DNA of 33,728 nt from Planctomycetota bacterium (lineage in GTDB: Bacteria > Planctomycetota > UBA1135 > GCA-002686595): the NCBI GenBank assembly GCA_004296785.1, contig SCVU01000203.1, forward strand, positions 1 to 33,728, in the 5' to 3' direction. Positions 11,708 through 21,142 of the stretch are shown one piece after another. The notes below the pieces were generated by a model. It had not been told where the DNA came from and made no database searches. It worked only from the letters and a program-made list of their open reading frames with translations. Both the position numbers and the translations under genes were made by a program. Position 1 is the first letter of the stretch. Each line of letters opens with the position of its first letter.

Positions 11708-14467
11708 CTATTGCAGCAGGCAGCTTGCGGCGGTGCTCGTGTCGAGCGCACCGCTCGCGCCGTCGAAGAACAGCGCCTCGAGCCACACCGTGACGCCGGC
11801 GAGGCCGGTGCCCGCGGGCACGGCGACCCCGAGCGTCGCGGTGCCGGCGGCCGACAGCGGCGCCTGCGCGACGCTGCGCAGATCGAGCAGGTTGCCGTTG
11901 CCGATCTCGAAGGTGACCAGCCCGGGGATCACGGTCGCGCCCGGCTGGCTGGCCGCGACGAGCCAGCTCCAGCCCGCGCCCGCGCTGCCGACCGGGACGA
12001 CGAGCGTCGCGCCCGTCGCGTGCGTCGGCGGCGACTGCTGCGCCGGCGGCGAGGTCGCACTGATCGCGAGCGCGGCGCTGCCGCTGCCCTGCGCGGTCGT
12101 CACGACGACGTCGACCGAGCCGAGCGCGAGCTGCTGCGGCAGCGCGAACGCGACCTGCCCCGCGCCCTGCGTGAACGCGACCGGCGCGCCGCCGACCGTC
12201 ACGCTCGTCGCGCCGCCCAAGCCGCTGCCGCTGGCGGCGATCGCCGCGCCGCCGATCGCCTGCGCGGTCGCGGGCGCGAGCGCGAAGACCGGCGGCCCCG
12301 GCGGCGGCGCCGCGTTCCAGCGCGTGACCGCGAACTGGTCGAGGTTCCAACCGCCGAAGTTCAGCGTCGCATTGGCCTTGATGCGGAACTCGAAGACGAC
12401 CGCGCTCTTGCCCGCGGCCTGCGCCGTCACGTCGAGGTCGAACGCGCGCCAACCGAAGTCGGTGAGCGGCGCGCCGGCGGGGTTGCGCCACACGAGCTGA
12501 TTGTCGCACCACAGCTCGGAGGAGTCCTTGACGCGATCGTCGACCGTCAGCCAGCGCGCGAACTCGACGTGCACGTTCGCCGCGCTCGCGCAGTTGATCG
12601 CGGGCGAGCGCAGCCACGTCCAGCCGTTCGCCGCGTACTCGCCGTTCGACGTGAGGTCGGTCCCCCACGCTTTCGCGCCCGCGAACGCCTGCGCCGGATC
12701 GCCGCCCTTGCCGGCCGGCGTGCCGCGCGCCCAATCATCGGTGCCCGAGTACGCGCCGTGCGTCCAGCCCTCGTCGGTCGCGGCCTCGAAGCCGTTCGCG
12801 TACAGCGTGGTCTTCGAGCCGGCGAAGAACTGCAGCACCTCGCCACCGAGCGCGGCGCCCGTCGGCAGATCCTCGGTGCCTCCGGCGGTGTCGGTCGCGC
12901 TGACGTAATAGCGCACGACGAGCGGCGAGCCCGCGCCGGGGATCAGCGCGGAATACGTCGAGCCGCTCGCGCTCATCGGCGCGCTCGACCACTGTGCGCC
13001 GCCGTCGAACGACCAGTGCAGCGTCGCGCTCGCGACGCTCGCCGCGGTCAGCGACGTGATCTGCGCCGAGACGAGGTACGGCCCGACGCCGTCGTTCACG
13101 TCGGCGAGCGGCGCGTGCGCGATCGCCAGGTCGAGCGGTTCGGCCAGCGCGGCAGCAGAGGCGGCGACGCCCTGCGCGATCAGCTTCGCGAGATCGAAGT
13201 CGGTGCACGCGAGCGCGACCGTGTCGTTGAGCGTGTGGATCGGCCCGTAGTAGTCGGGCAGGTCCTCCGAGAAGTACGCGGCCGGGATGCCCTGCGTGTT
13301 GTACGACGCGTGATCGGAGCTGCCGGCGTCGAGGATGTCCCACCACGAGGCCCAGCCCGGCACGTGCAGCGCGCTGATCGCGTCGCAGAAGCCGGTCAGC
13401 GAGGTCGACGAGCTGTTGGTCGTGAAGTCGCAGTCGACGATGTCGCCCGGCTTGCGGTACGCGACCATGTCCATGTTGAGCATGCCGAGCACTTGCTCGC
13501 CCGCGAGCTTGGCCTGCTGCGCGTTGTACGCCGAGCCGAGCAGCCCGAGCTCCTCGCCCGAGAAGAACACGCAGCGCACCGTGTGCTCGTACGCGCCGCC
13601 CAGCTTGAGCGCGCGCGCGATCTCGAGCAGCGCCGCGGTCCCCGACGCGTTGTCGTCGGCGCCGGGCGCGTTGAGGCTCGGGCCCGACTGGTTGATCGAG
13701 TCGTAGTGCGCGCCGGCGATCACGACCTTGTTCGGGAACAGCGTGCCCGGGATCTCGGCGATCACGTTGCGCGACATCGACGCGTTGAACGTCTGCAGGA
13801 TCGGCGCGTAGCCGTAGCTCTGCAGCTCGGCGACGAGCATGTTCTGCGCGGTCGTCGCGCCCGCCAGGTTCGCGCGGCGCGTGGGGATCGCGGCGAGCTG
13901 CGTCGTCCAGTTGACGATGCGCGCCTTGTCGATCGCCGCCGCGACGGCGCTGATGCGCGCATCGGGCTGTGTGAGCGACACCGCGATCTGGTCGGCGCGC
14001 GCGCCGCGCCACACCACCGGCGGCGCGGGCTCGATCGCGGCGGCCGCCGTCGTCGCGATGCGCAGCGGACCGCAGTGCGGCCGCCCGGCGGCATCCGACT
14101 CGCGCAGCTCGCACTCGCGCTCGCTCGTCGCCGCGACGAGCACGCGGCCGTCGAAGCGGAACACCTCGCGCGTGCCGGCGGGAGCGCTCCAGTCGGGCTC
14201 GTGCGCATCGAACGCGTACAGCTCCTCGCCGCGCGAAAGCGGCGGCAGCGGCACGAGCACCACGCCCTCGGCGAGCAGGCCCGCGCGCTGCTCGTCGTCG
14301 ACCGCGCCGACGCCGAACGTGCCGCCGTCCCACCACAGCTCGCAGCAGCGCGCGAGCGCCGCGTCGCTGCGCAGCAGACCTCCGTGCAGGATCGCGACGG
14401 GCTCGCGCGGCTGTTGCGCGGCCGCCGCGGAGACGACGCAGGATGCGAGAGCGAGCGAGCGAATCAT
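11708..14467 (-). CDS. Secreted multidomain M28-family zinc aminopeptidase 2 (N-terminal domain + M28 + Ig-like + jelly-roll/MAM-like + IPT/TIG + shared C-terminal module)
   Basis: 919 aa from MIRSLALASCVVSAAAAQQ. The listed ORF 11708..16909 is a spurious in-frame upstream extension. M28 metal and catalytic motifs are in order: GAHYDS, GADDNASG, FSGEELGLLGS, NMDMV, SSDHASY. These are followed by ..LYANGFEAATDEGWTHGAYSGTDDWARGTP.., then IPT/TIG (PPVFALAP..TSVTVGGAPV..), then a 105-aa tail (nt 11711-12025). Its ATG overlaps the stop of the upstream paralogue (ATGA, 14467-14464). Confidence 0.9.
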   Translation of the reverse strand: MIRSLALASCVVSAAAAQQPREPVAILHGGLLRSDAALARCCELWWDGGTFGVGAVDDEQRAGLLAEGVVLVPLPPLSRGEELYAFDAHEPDWSAPAGTREVFRFDGRVLVAATSERECELRESDAAGRPHCGPLRIATTAAAAIEPAPPVVWRGARADQIAVSLTQPDARISAVAAAIDKARIVNWTTQLAAIPTRRANLAGATTAQNMLVAELQSYGYAPILQTFNASMSRNVIAEIPGTLFPNKVVIAGAHYDSINQSGPSLNAPGADDNASGTAALLEIARALKLGGAYEHTVRCVFFSGEELGLLGSAYNAQQAKLAGEQVLGMLNMDMVAYRKPGDIVDCDFTTNSSSTSLTGFCDAISALHVPGWASWWDILDAGSSDHASYNTQGIPAAYFSEDLPDYYGPIHTLNDTVALACTDFDLAKLIAQGVAASAAALAEPLDLAIAHAPLADVNDGVGPYLVSAQITSLTAASVASATLHWSFDGGAQWSSAPMSASGSTYSALIPGAGSPLVVRYYVSATDTAGGTEDLPTGAALGGEVLQFFAGSKTTLYANGFEAATDEGWTHGAYSGTDDWARGTPAGKGGDPAQAFAGAKAWGTDLTSNGEYAANGWTWLRSPAINCASAANVHVEFARWLTVDDRVKDSSELWCDNQLVWRNPAGAPLTDFGWRAFDLDVTAQAAGKSAVVFEFRIKANATLNFGGWNLDQFAVTRWNAAPPPGPPVFALAPATAQAIGGAAIAASGSGLGGATSVTVGGAPVAFTQGAGQVAFALPQQLALGSVDVVVTTAQGSGSAALAISATSPPAQQSPPTHATGATLVVPVGSAGAGWSWLVAASQPGATVIPGLVTFEIGNGNLLDLRSVAQAPLSAAGTATLGVAVPAGTGLAGVTVWLEALFFDGASGALDTSTAASCLLQ

Positions 14468-17292
14468 TGCAGTTGCACCGAGGCGGCGTTGGTCGAGTCG
14501 AGCGTCGACGTCGAAGGATCGAAGAGCAGCGCCTCGAGCCACGCCGTCTGTCCGGCCAGTCCCGTCCCGCTCGGCACCGGCAGCGCGAACGTCCACGTGC
14601 CCGCGGCGCTGAGCGCGTGCTGCGACAGCGCGTACAAGTCGAGCAGGTTGCCGTTGCCGATCTCGAGCGACACGAGGCCGGGGATCGAGGTCGCGCCGCT
14701 GTGCGACGAGAACAACAGCCACGCGAATCCGTTCGGCTGCGCGCCGACCGGCAGCGACAGCACCTGTCCGGTCGCGTGCGTCGCGGGAGCGACGAGCGCC
14801 GGCGGAACCGTCTGCACGATCGACAGCGGCTGCGCGTTCGTGCCGGCCGCGGTCGCGACCTGCACGAGCACGTTGCCGAGCGCGAGCTGCTGCGGCAGCG
14901 CGAACGAGACCTGGCCGGCGCCCTGCGCGAACGCGACCGGCGCGCCGCCGACCGTCACGCTCGTCACGCCGCCCATGCCGGTCCCGCTCGCGACGATCGA
15001 CTGGCCGCCGATCGCCGCCGCGCTCGACGGTGCGAGCGCGAACACGGGCGGTCCCGGCGGCGGCGCCGCATCCCAGCGCTCCAAGCGCAGCTCGTCGAGC
15101 GTCCACCCGCCCATCTGCAGGCCGCCGTCGCTCTTCAGGCGGAACTCGACGCGCGTGCTCGCGACGCCCGCCGCCTGCGCGCTGACGTCGAGGTGGATCG
15201 ACTGCCACGCGCTGTCGTTCGTGTGATTCGAGCCGCCCGCGCTGCTCGGATTCGTCCACACCTTCGCGTTGTTGACCCAGATCTCCGCCTGGTCGAACAG
15301 CGCGTCCTCGACGTTCAGCCAGCGCCGCAGCGACAGGTGCACGTTGCTCGCGCTCGCGCAGTTGACGACCGGCGAGCGCAGCCAGTTGTGCGCGTTGGCC
15401 GGGTACTCGCCGTTGAAGTTGTTCGCGCCGAGGTCGTTCGCCCAGACCTTCGTGCCCGCGAACGCGCTGCTCGGGTCGCCGGCCTTCCCGACCGGCGTGC
15501 CGCGCTGCCAGTCGTCGGTGCCGCTGAGCGCGCCGTGCGTCCAGCCGTCGTCGGTGCCGGCCTCGAAGCCGTTCGCGTAGAGCTGGGTCTTCGAGCCGAC
15601 GAAGAACGAGTGGTACGCCGCGCCGAGGTCGGCGCCGCTCGGCGCGACCTCGGTGTTGCCGGCGCTGTCCTGCGCCTCGATCCAGTAGCGGATCGTCTTC
15701 GGCGAACCGGCGGAGGGAACGAGCGCGCTCCAGCTCGCGCCGGCCCCGCTCATCGCGACGCCCGACCAGCTCTGGCCGTCGTCGCTCGAGTGCCACAGCG
15801 TCGCGCCCGCGACCGTGGCCGCGGTCTGGCTCGTGATCGACGCGCTCGCGAGGTACGGACCGACGCCGTCGTTCGTGTCGGGAAGCGGCGTGTGCGCGAT
15901 CTGCAGGTCGACGGGCTCGGCCATCGTCGCGGCCGTCGCGAGCACGCCGCGGCCGATCATCTGCGCGAGGTCCCAGTCGGTCGTCGACAGCGCGTTCGTG
16001 TCGCTCGCCGTGTGGATCTGCGCGTAGAAGTCGACGAGGTCCTCGAAGAAGAACGCCGACGGGAAGCCCTCGGCGTTGTACGCCGCGTGATCGGAGCTGC
16101 CGGCGGTCAGCACGCCGTACTGGCTCGCCCAACCCGCGACGTACAGCGCGCTCGTCGCGTCGGCGAATGCGGTCAGCGTCGCGGACGTGCTGTTCGTCGC
16201 GAAGTCGCAGTCGCGCACGTCGCCCGCCTTGCGGTACGCGACCATGTCCATGTTGAGCATGCCGAGCACCTGCTCGCCCGAGGACTTCGACAGCGCCGCG
16301 GCCGCCGCCGAGCCGACCAGGCCGAACTCCTCGGCGGAGAACCAGATGAAGCGCAGCGTGTGCTCGTACGGCCCGCCGCTCTTCAGCACGCGCGCGACCT
16401 CGAGCAGCGCCGCGCTGCCGGACGCGTTGTCGTCGGCGCCGGGCGCCGCGAGCGCGCTGCCGCCGAGGTTGATCGAGTCGTAGTGCGCGCCGAGCACGAC
16501 GACCTTCGACGGGTCGACGCTGCCCGGGATCTCGGCGACGACGTTCTTCGAGTAGCTCGCCGAGAACGTGTGCAGCGTCGGCGCGAAGCCGAAGCCCGTC
16601 AGCCAGCCCGCGATCTGGTTCTGCGCGGTCGTCGCGCCCGGCTGGTCGGCGCGGCGCGTGAAGTTCGACGCGAGCGCGACGTCCTTCGCCTGCATGTTCG
16701 CCTTGTCGAGCTGCGCGACGAGCGCGCTGATGCGCGGATCGGCTCCCGCGACGAGCTGCACGCCCTCGGCGCCGCGCAGCCCGCGCCAGCGGAACTCGGG
16801 CACCGGCGGCAGTGCGCGGCGCTCGATGCGCAGCGGGCCGCAGTGCGCGCCCTTCGACAGCGCGGCGAGCGCGTCGGCACCGCCCTGCTCGCGCGCGGCG
16901 TTCGGCCACGCGATCAACGCGCGCTCGCCCTGCGTGAGCAGCACGCGCGCGCCGGTCGGCAGCTCGAGCGCGCCGTCGGCGTGCACGAGGTACAGCTCGT
17001 CCTCCGCGCGCGGCGCGTCGAACCCGACGACCTCGGCGCCGCGCGCGCGCAGCGCGGCGATCTCAGCGGCGCTGGCCGCGCCGAGCGCGAAGCCGCCGGC
17101 GTCCGCCCAGGTCTCGCACAGCCGCGGCAGGCTCGCGCACAGCGCTGCGTCGTCGCCGTAGACGATCGCGACCGGCCGCCGCTCGAGCGCGGATTCCGCC
17201 GCGACGGCGGGGTTTTCCAGCGGGCCTTCCTGCGTCGGAGCGGGGTGCGGAACGGAGACGGAGACGCCGGCGAGCAGGACCGGGAGCAGCAT
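14464..17292 (-). CDS. Secreted multidomain M28-family zinc aminopeptidase 1 (same architecture as 11708..14467)
   Basis: 942 aa with signal peptide MLLPVLLAGVSVSV. Motifs GAHYDS, GADDNASG, FSAEEFGLVGS, NMDMV, SSDHAAY. It is collinear with its paralogue over its full length. The 105-aa C-terminal tail is nt 14467-14781. Confidence 0.9.
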   Translation of the reverse strand: MLLPVLLAGVSVSVPHPAPTQEGPLENPAVAAESALERRPVAIVYGDDAALCASLPRLCETWADAGGFALGAASAAEIAALRARGAEVVGFDAPRAEDELYLVHADGALELPTGARVLLTQGERALIAWPNAAREQGGADALAALSKGAHCGPLRIERRALPPVPEFRWRGLRGAEGVQLVAGADPRISALVAQLDKANMQAKDVALASNFTRRADQPGATTAQNQIAGWLTGFGFAPTLHTFSASYSKNVVAEIPGSVDPSKVVVLGAHYDSINLGGSALAAPGADDNASGSAALLEVARVLKSGGPYEHTLRFIWFSAEEFGLVGSAAAAALSKSSGEQVLGMLNMDMVAYRKAGDVRDCDFATNSTSATLTAFADATSALYVAGWASQYGVLTAGSSDHAAYNAEGFPSAFFFEDLVDFYAQIHTASDTNALSTTDWDLAQMIGRGVLATAATMAEPVDLQIAHTPLPDTNDGVGPYLASASITSQTAATVAGATLWHSSDDGQSWSGVAMSGAGASWSALVPSAGSPKTIRYWIEAQDSAGNTEVAPSGADLGAAYHSFFVGSKTQLYANGFEAGTDDGWTHGALSGTDDWQRGTPVGKAGDPSSAFAGTKVWANDLGANNFNGEYPANAHNWLRSPVVNCASASNVHLSLRRWLNVEDALFDQAEIWVNNAKVWTNPSSAGGSNHTNDSAWQSIHLDVSAQAAGVASTRVEFRLKSDGGLQMGGWTLDELRLERWDAAPPPGPPVFALAPSSAAAIGGQSIVASGTGMGGVTSVTVGGAPVAFAQGAGQVSFALPQQLALGNVLVQVATAAGTNAQPLSIVQTVPPALVAPATHATGQVLSLPVGAQPNGFAWLLFSSHSGATSIPGLVSLEIGNGNLLDLYALSQHALSAAGTWTFALPVPSGTGLAGQTAWLEALLFDPSTSTLDSTNAASVQLQ

Positions 17293-17342
17293 GAATGGGC
17301 AGGACTTTCCGACTGTGGGGGCAGCGCGGCCGGGACCCGAAG

Positions 17343-17348
17343 ATTCTA
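17343..17348 (-). promoter_or_regulatory. Candidate -10 element TAGAAT upstream of the M28 gene pair
   Basis: The minus strand reads cagccggcTAGAATcttcgg, 50 nt upstream of the ATG at 17292. It lies in the 198-bp divergent gap shared with the HDOD gene. Confidence 0.35.
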
Positions 17349-17490
17349 GCCGGCTGTCCGCGCTTCGGCTCCACTGCGCCGACCGCGGATACCGATTGGC
17401 ACACGCGGCAGCGCGCGCTCCGGCCGCATCGACACGTCACCTGGATCCGCACCACGCGGACGGGGCGCGCCGCATGCCCTTCCTTTCGCG

Positions 17491-18327
17491 ATGAGTCCAC
17501 AGCCGCTCGATCTGTCGAACGTTCAGATCCCGACCCTGCCCGAGGTCGTGACGAAGCTCTCGGCGATGGTCGAGAATCCGCTCGTCGGCATCGCGGAGAT
17601 CGGCCGCACCGTGCGCGAGGACGCCGCGATGACGACGCGGCTGTTGCGCGTCGCCAACAGCGCCACGGTCGGGCTGAGCGAGCCGGTGCTGTCGGTCGAG
17701 CAGGCGACCGCGACGCTCGGCGCGCGCGCGGTGCGCAACCTCGCGCTGCAGGCCGCGGTGATCGACCTGTTCGAGGACCTGCCGAGCACCGACGAGCTCG
17801 ACATCCAGCTCGTGTGGCGCCACGCGATCCTGACCGCGCAGGTCGCGCAGCTGCTCGCGACGGAGCTCAAGGCGGGCCTGCCGCTCGCGCCCGACGAGTA
17901 CTACTCGTGCGGCCTCGTGCACGACATCGGCAAGCTCGTGCTGCTGCAGGCGCTCGGCGAGGAGTACCTCGCGGTGATGCACGACGCGCGGCGCAACGGC
18001 AAGGCGACGCACGTCGCGGAACAGGAAGAGCTCGGCTACACGCACGTCGACGTCGGAGCGCGCGTCGCCGCGTACTGGCGGCTGCCGCCGGTGCTGATCG
18101 AAGCGCTGCAGTTCCACCACGGCCCGCTCGAGCGCATCCGCGCCGACAAGAGCATCGCCGTGGTCGCGTTCGCGGACCAGATCGCGTACCGCGTGCAGGC
18201 GGGGGCGGCCGACGCATGCGTCGCGACGCTGCGTCCGGAGGCGGGACGGGTGCTCGGAATCGCGCCGCAGGCGTTCGAGCGGATCGTCGCGCAGGCCGCC
18301 GAGCTGTGGCCGACGATCCAGCCGTAG
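17491..18327 (+). CDS. HDOD domain protein (HD-related output domain, signalling)
   Basis: 278 aa. IPTLPEVVTKLSAMVENP.., ..MTTRLLRVANSA.., ..SVEQATATLGARAVRNL.. and ..CGLVHDIGKLVL.. match the HDOD pattern. Confidence 0.85.
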   Translation: MSPQPLDLSNVQIPTLPEVVTKLSAMVENPLVGIAEIGRTVREDAAMTTRLLRVANSATVGLSEPVLSVEQATATLGARAVRNLALQAAVIDLFEDLPSTDELDIQLVWRHAILTAQVAQLLATELKAGLPLAPDEYYSCGLVHDIGKLVLLQALGEEYLAVMHDARRNGKATHVAEQEELGYTHVDVGARVAAYWRLPPVLIEALQFHHGPLERIRADKSIAVVAFADQIAYRVQAGAADACVATLRPEAGRVLGIAPQAFERIVAQAAELWPTIQP

Positions 18328-18440
18328 CGGCGAGCGGAAATCCGTTCCGAGAGTGCGCCGACACAGGTGCGGCGCGCGGCCGGGTCGCCGCGGCGGGGAT
18401 ACGCTTCGCCACAGCAGCGGCAGTCCCCCCTGCAGTCGCC

Positions 18441-18725
18441 ATGAGTTCCCGCGAGCCACTCGACGAGCTGTACCGGCGCTACCCGCTCGTCCCGCAGAGC
18501 TTCGGCGAGCGCTTCGCGCCGCTCGTCGAGCGCGCGGTCGCGGCCGAGCCGGAGGTCGGCGTGCGGATCCTGCAGTTGATCGAGGCGAGCTTCGAGAAGG
18601 AGCACGCGCGGCGCGCCGACGAACTCGCGCTGCGGCGCTCGCAGGAGCGACAGGTGCTGACGCTCGTCGCGAGCGTGCTGCACGGCTGGGATCCGCCGGA
18701 CTGGCTGCTGCAGCACAAGCGCTAG
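18441..18725 (+). CDS. Small hypothetical protein (94 aa)
   Basis: MSSREPLDELYRRYPLVPQSFGERF.. is the last in-frame ATG segment of listed ORF 17295..18725. It has strong GC3 bias and a balanced, helical-looking composition, unlike the Arg/Ala-rich upstream part of that ORF. I recognise no family. Confidence 0.5.
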   Translation: MSSREPLDELYRRYPLVPQSFGERFAPLVERAVAAEPEVGVRILQLIEASFEKEHARRADELALRRSQERQVLTLVASVLHGWDPPDWLLQHKR

Positions 18726-18844
18726 TCGACGCCGCGCGGCGACGCCGCGGCACGCGCGGCGCACAAGCCGCGTAACGCGCGCCGCACGGCGCGGATGCTA
18801 ACGGAGCCGGAATCCACGGCTCCCCTCCCACCACCGGAGTGCCC

Positions 18845-21118
18845 ATGCATCCGCTTCGCGATCTCTCGCTTCCCCTCGCCCTCTCCGTCGTCTGCGCGCT
18901 CCCGAGCGCGGGGCAGCTCGGCTCGCCGGCAGCGGCGTCCACCCCCGCCGCGCTGTCCGCGTCCGTGTGGCGCTCGGCGCACGGCGTCGCCGCGGTCGAC
19001 GGCAAGTTGTGGGCGAACGGCCCCGACTACCGCGTCGAGCTCGACGCGCGCGGCATCGAGTACGCGGCCGCGTTCGGCGAGCGCGCGCCGACCACGCAGA
19101 CCGCGCGCTTCGACCTCGTCGGATTCGGCCGCGCCGGCGGACCGCTCGTCGCGGGCGCACCGGACGTGCCCGATCTGTCGAGCGGCAGCGCCGTCTACGA
19201 GCGCGGCGCGGGCGTGCAGGAGATCTACGCGACGCGCCGCGACGGCATCGAACAGAGCTTCGTGTTCGCACAGCCGCTCGCGGGCGACGGCGATCTCGTC
19301 GTGCGCATCGCGGTCACGAGCTCGCTCGCGCGCGCCGGCGCCGCCGACGGGCTCGCGCTCGAAGCGCCCGGCCTCGGGGCGATCGCGATCGGCGCCGTGA
19401 CCGGGATCGACGCGCGCGGAGAGCGCGTCGCCGGCTCGCTGCGCTGGGTCGGCGACGAGCTCGAGCTCGCGCTGCCGGCGGCGTTCGTCGATGCGGCCGC
19501 GTACCCGCTGGTGCTCGATCCGCTGATCGGCACCGAGTTCGAGGTCGATTCGGATGCGGCCAACTCGTTCGACGACGTCGCCCCCGCGATCGCGCACGAC
19601 TGGAGCGCGGGCAACTACCTGATCGTGTGGGCGCGCGTGTTCGGGCTCGGCGACTCCGACATCCGCGGCCAGCGCGTCGCGGACAACGGCGCGCTGGTCG
19701 GCGGCCTGCTCGCGATCGAGGTCGGCGGGACGGTCTCGCCGTCGGCGCAGTCGCCGACTGTCGGCAACGTGAACCTGACCAACATGTACCTCGTCGCGTG
19801 GGAGAGCTCGTCCGGCTTCCTCGCGCAGTCGGACATCGTGTGCCGCAGCGTGAATCCGGCCACGGGCGCGCTCTCGGCGAACACGCTGACGGTCGGCGCG
19901 TCGGCGACGTACGACATCGACCCCGCGATCGGCGGTGAAGTGCAACTGTCCGACGACGACGCGATCGTCGTCTGGGCGGAGTTCGATGCCGGGATCCGCG
20001 CGCGGCAGGTCAGCGTGCCCGCGGGCGGCAACCCGGTGCTGGTCGGGCTCGAGCTCGACGTCAGCGACACGGTCGGGTTCTCGTACGACGACTTCGAACC
20101 GGCGATCTCGAAGGGCACCGGCTACGGCGGCAACTTCCTGATCGCCTGGGAGCGCCACTTCGCCGGAGCGACGACGCCGTACTACGACCTGCGCTATGCG
20201 GTGATCGACCGCAACGCGAACCTGCTCGTCACGACGAAGTCCGTGACGGTGAGTTCGGGCACGGACGAGCGCAACGTCGCGGTCGCCGGCGACGGCGTCA
20301 AGTTCGCGATCGTCTACGACCAGGAGCCGGTCGGCGGCGGCAACGTCGGCATCTACGGCAACCGCGTCACGTACATCAGCGGCGCGAGCGCGCCGATCTC
20401 GAGCCAAATCACGATCGTCGATTCGCCGTTCGCCGAGTCCGACCCGGACGTCTCCAACACCGGCGACACGATCACGCTCGCGTACGTCGGCACGAACATC
20501 CTCTCGTCGAACTCTCCGATCGTCGTGCAGGCGCTCGACCAGGTCGACCTGCAGCCGTGCGGCGGCTCGGCCGGCTTCTCCGACAGCGCGCTCGACTACG
20601 CGTCGCCGGTGATCTCCAGCGCCGCCGAGAGCATCTTCAACGCCGACGGCGGCACGCTCGTCGCGTTCTACGCTGAGGACACGAGCACCAGCCCGGGCGA
20701 GATCTGGGCGCAGCGCTACGACCCGGTGGTCGGGCTCAACGTCGAGATCATCGGCTGCGGCGGCGGGCGCACCGAGGTCGGCTGCGCGCTCGCGAGCGAG
20801 AGCGAGGCGAAGATCCACGTGACCGAGGGCATCGTCGGCGCGCCGGCGTGGCTGATCCTGTCCGCGCAGCCGCTCGATATGCCGATCGGCCCGTGCGTGC
20901 TGTGGGCCGATCCGTTCAGCGGCTGGATCCAATCGGCCGGCGTCGTGAACTCACTCGGCGAGGTCCACACGACGCTCGCGCTCGCGCCGTCGCCGGGCCT
21001 GGTCGGCGTGCAGTTCCACGCGCAGCACGTGAGCCAGGCCGCCGGCGGCCCGGTGACCTTCACCAGCGGCGGTCCCGCCTACCACATCTCTACGGCCGTG
21101 CTCGCAACCTTCGAATAA
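18845..21118 (+). CDS. Secreted repeat protein S1: N-terminal beta-sandwich-like module (..YPLVLDP) + ~50-aa repeats + shared C-terminal module
   Basis: 757 aa from ATG 18845, with GGAG 6 nt upstream; the listed GTG at 18839 is an alternative start. Signal peptide MHPLRDLSLPLALSVVCALPSAGQ. The N-terminal module ..AVYERGAGVQEIYATRRDGIEQSF..GDGDLVV..VTGIDARGERV..LELALPAAFVDAAAYPLVLDP is shared with the next gene. Repeats have the form P.ia....yLivW.....sDI.g.rv. The tail is nt 20753-21115. Confidence 0.85.
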   Translation: MHPLRDLSLPLALSVVCALPSAGQLGSPAAASTPAALSASVWRSAHGVAAVDGKLWANGPDYRVELDARGIEYAAAFGERAPTTQTARFDLVGFGRAGGPLVAGAPDVPDLSSGSAVYERGAGVQEIYATRRDGIEQSFVFAQPLAGDGDLVVRIAVTSSLARAGAADGLALEAPGLGAIAIGAVTGIDARGERVAGSLRWVGDELELALPAAFVDAAAYPLVLDPLIGTEFEVDSDAANSFDDVAPAIAHDWSAGNYLIVWARVFGLGDSDIRGQRVADNGALVGGLLAIEVGGTVSPSAQSPTVGNVNLTNMYLVAWESSSGFLAQSDIVCRSVNPATGALSANTLTVGASATYDIDPAIGGEVQLSDDDAIVVWAEFDAGIRARQVSVPAGGNPVLVGLELDVSDTVGFSYDDFEPAISKGTGYGGNFLIAWERHFAGATTPYYDLRYAVIDRNANLLVTTKSVTVSSGTDERNVAVAGDGVKFAIVYDQEPVGGGNVGIYGNRVTYISGASAPISSQITIVDSPFAESDPDVSNTGDTITLAYVGTNILSSNSPIVVQALDQVDLQPCGGSAGFSDSALDYASPVISSAAESIFNADGGTLVAFYAEDTSTSPGEIWAQRYDPVVGLNVEIIGCGGGRTEVGCALASESEAKIHVTEGIVGAPAWLILSAQPLDMPIGPCVLWADPFSGWIQSAGVVNSLGEVHTTLALAPSPGLVGVQFHAQHVSQAAGGPVTFTSGGPAYHISTAVLATFE

Positions 21119-21142
21119 CCAGGCCCCAAGCCCTCCGCTCCC

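Noticed and set aside
11708-16909. A single 1733-aa protein spanning both M28 genes
   Set aside because: Only the part downstream of MIRSLALASC (ATG 14467) looks like protein. The upstream 800+ aa is Arg-rich junk read out of frame across the genuine M28-1 gene (14464..17292), whose stop overlaps that ATG.
17295-18440. The upstream 380 aa of listed ORF 17295..18725 (476 aa)
   Set aside because: It is Arg/Ala/Gly-rich junk overlapping the bona fide HDOD gene (17491..18327) in another frame. Only the last 94 codons, from ATG 18441, look coding.
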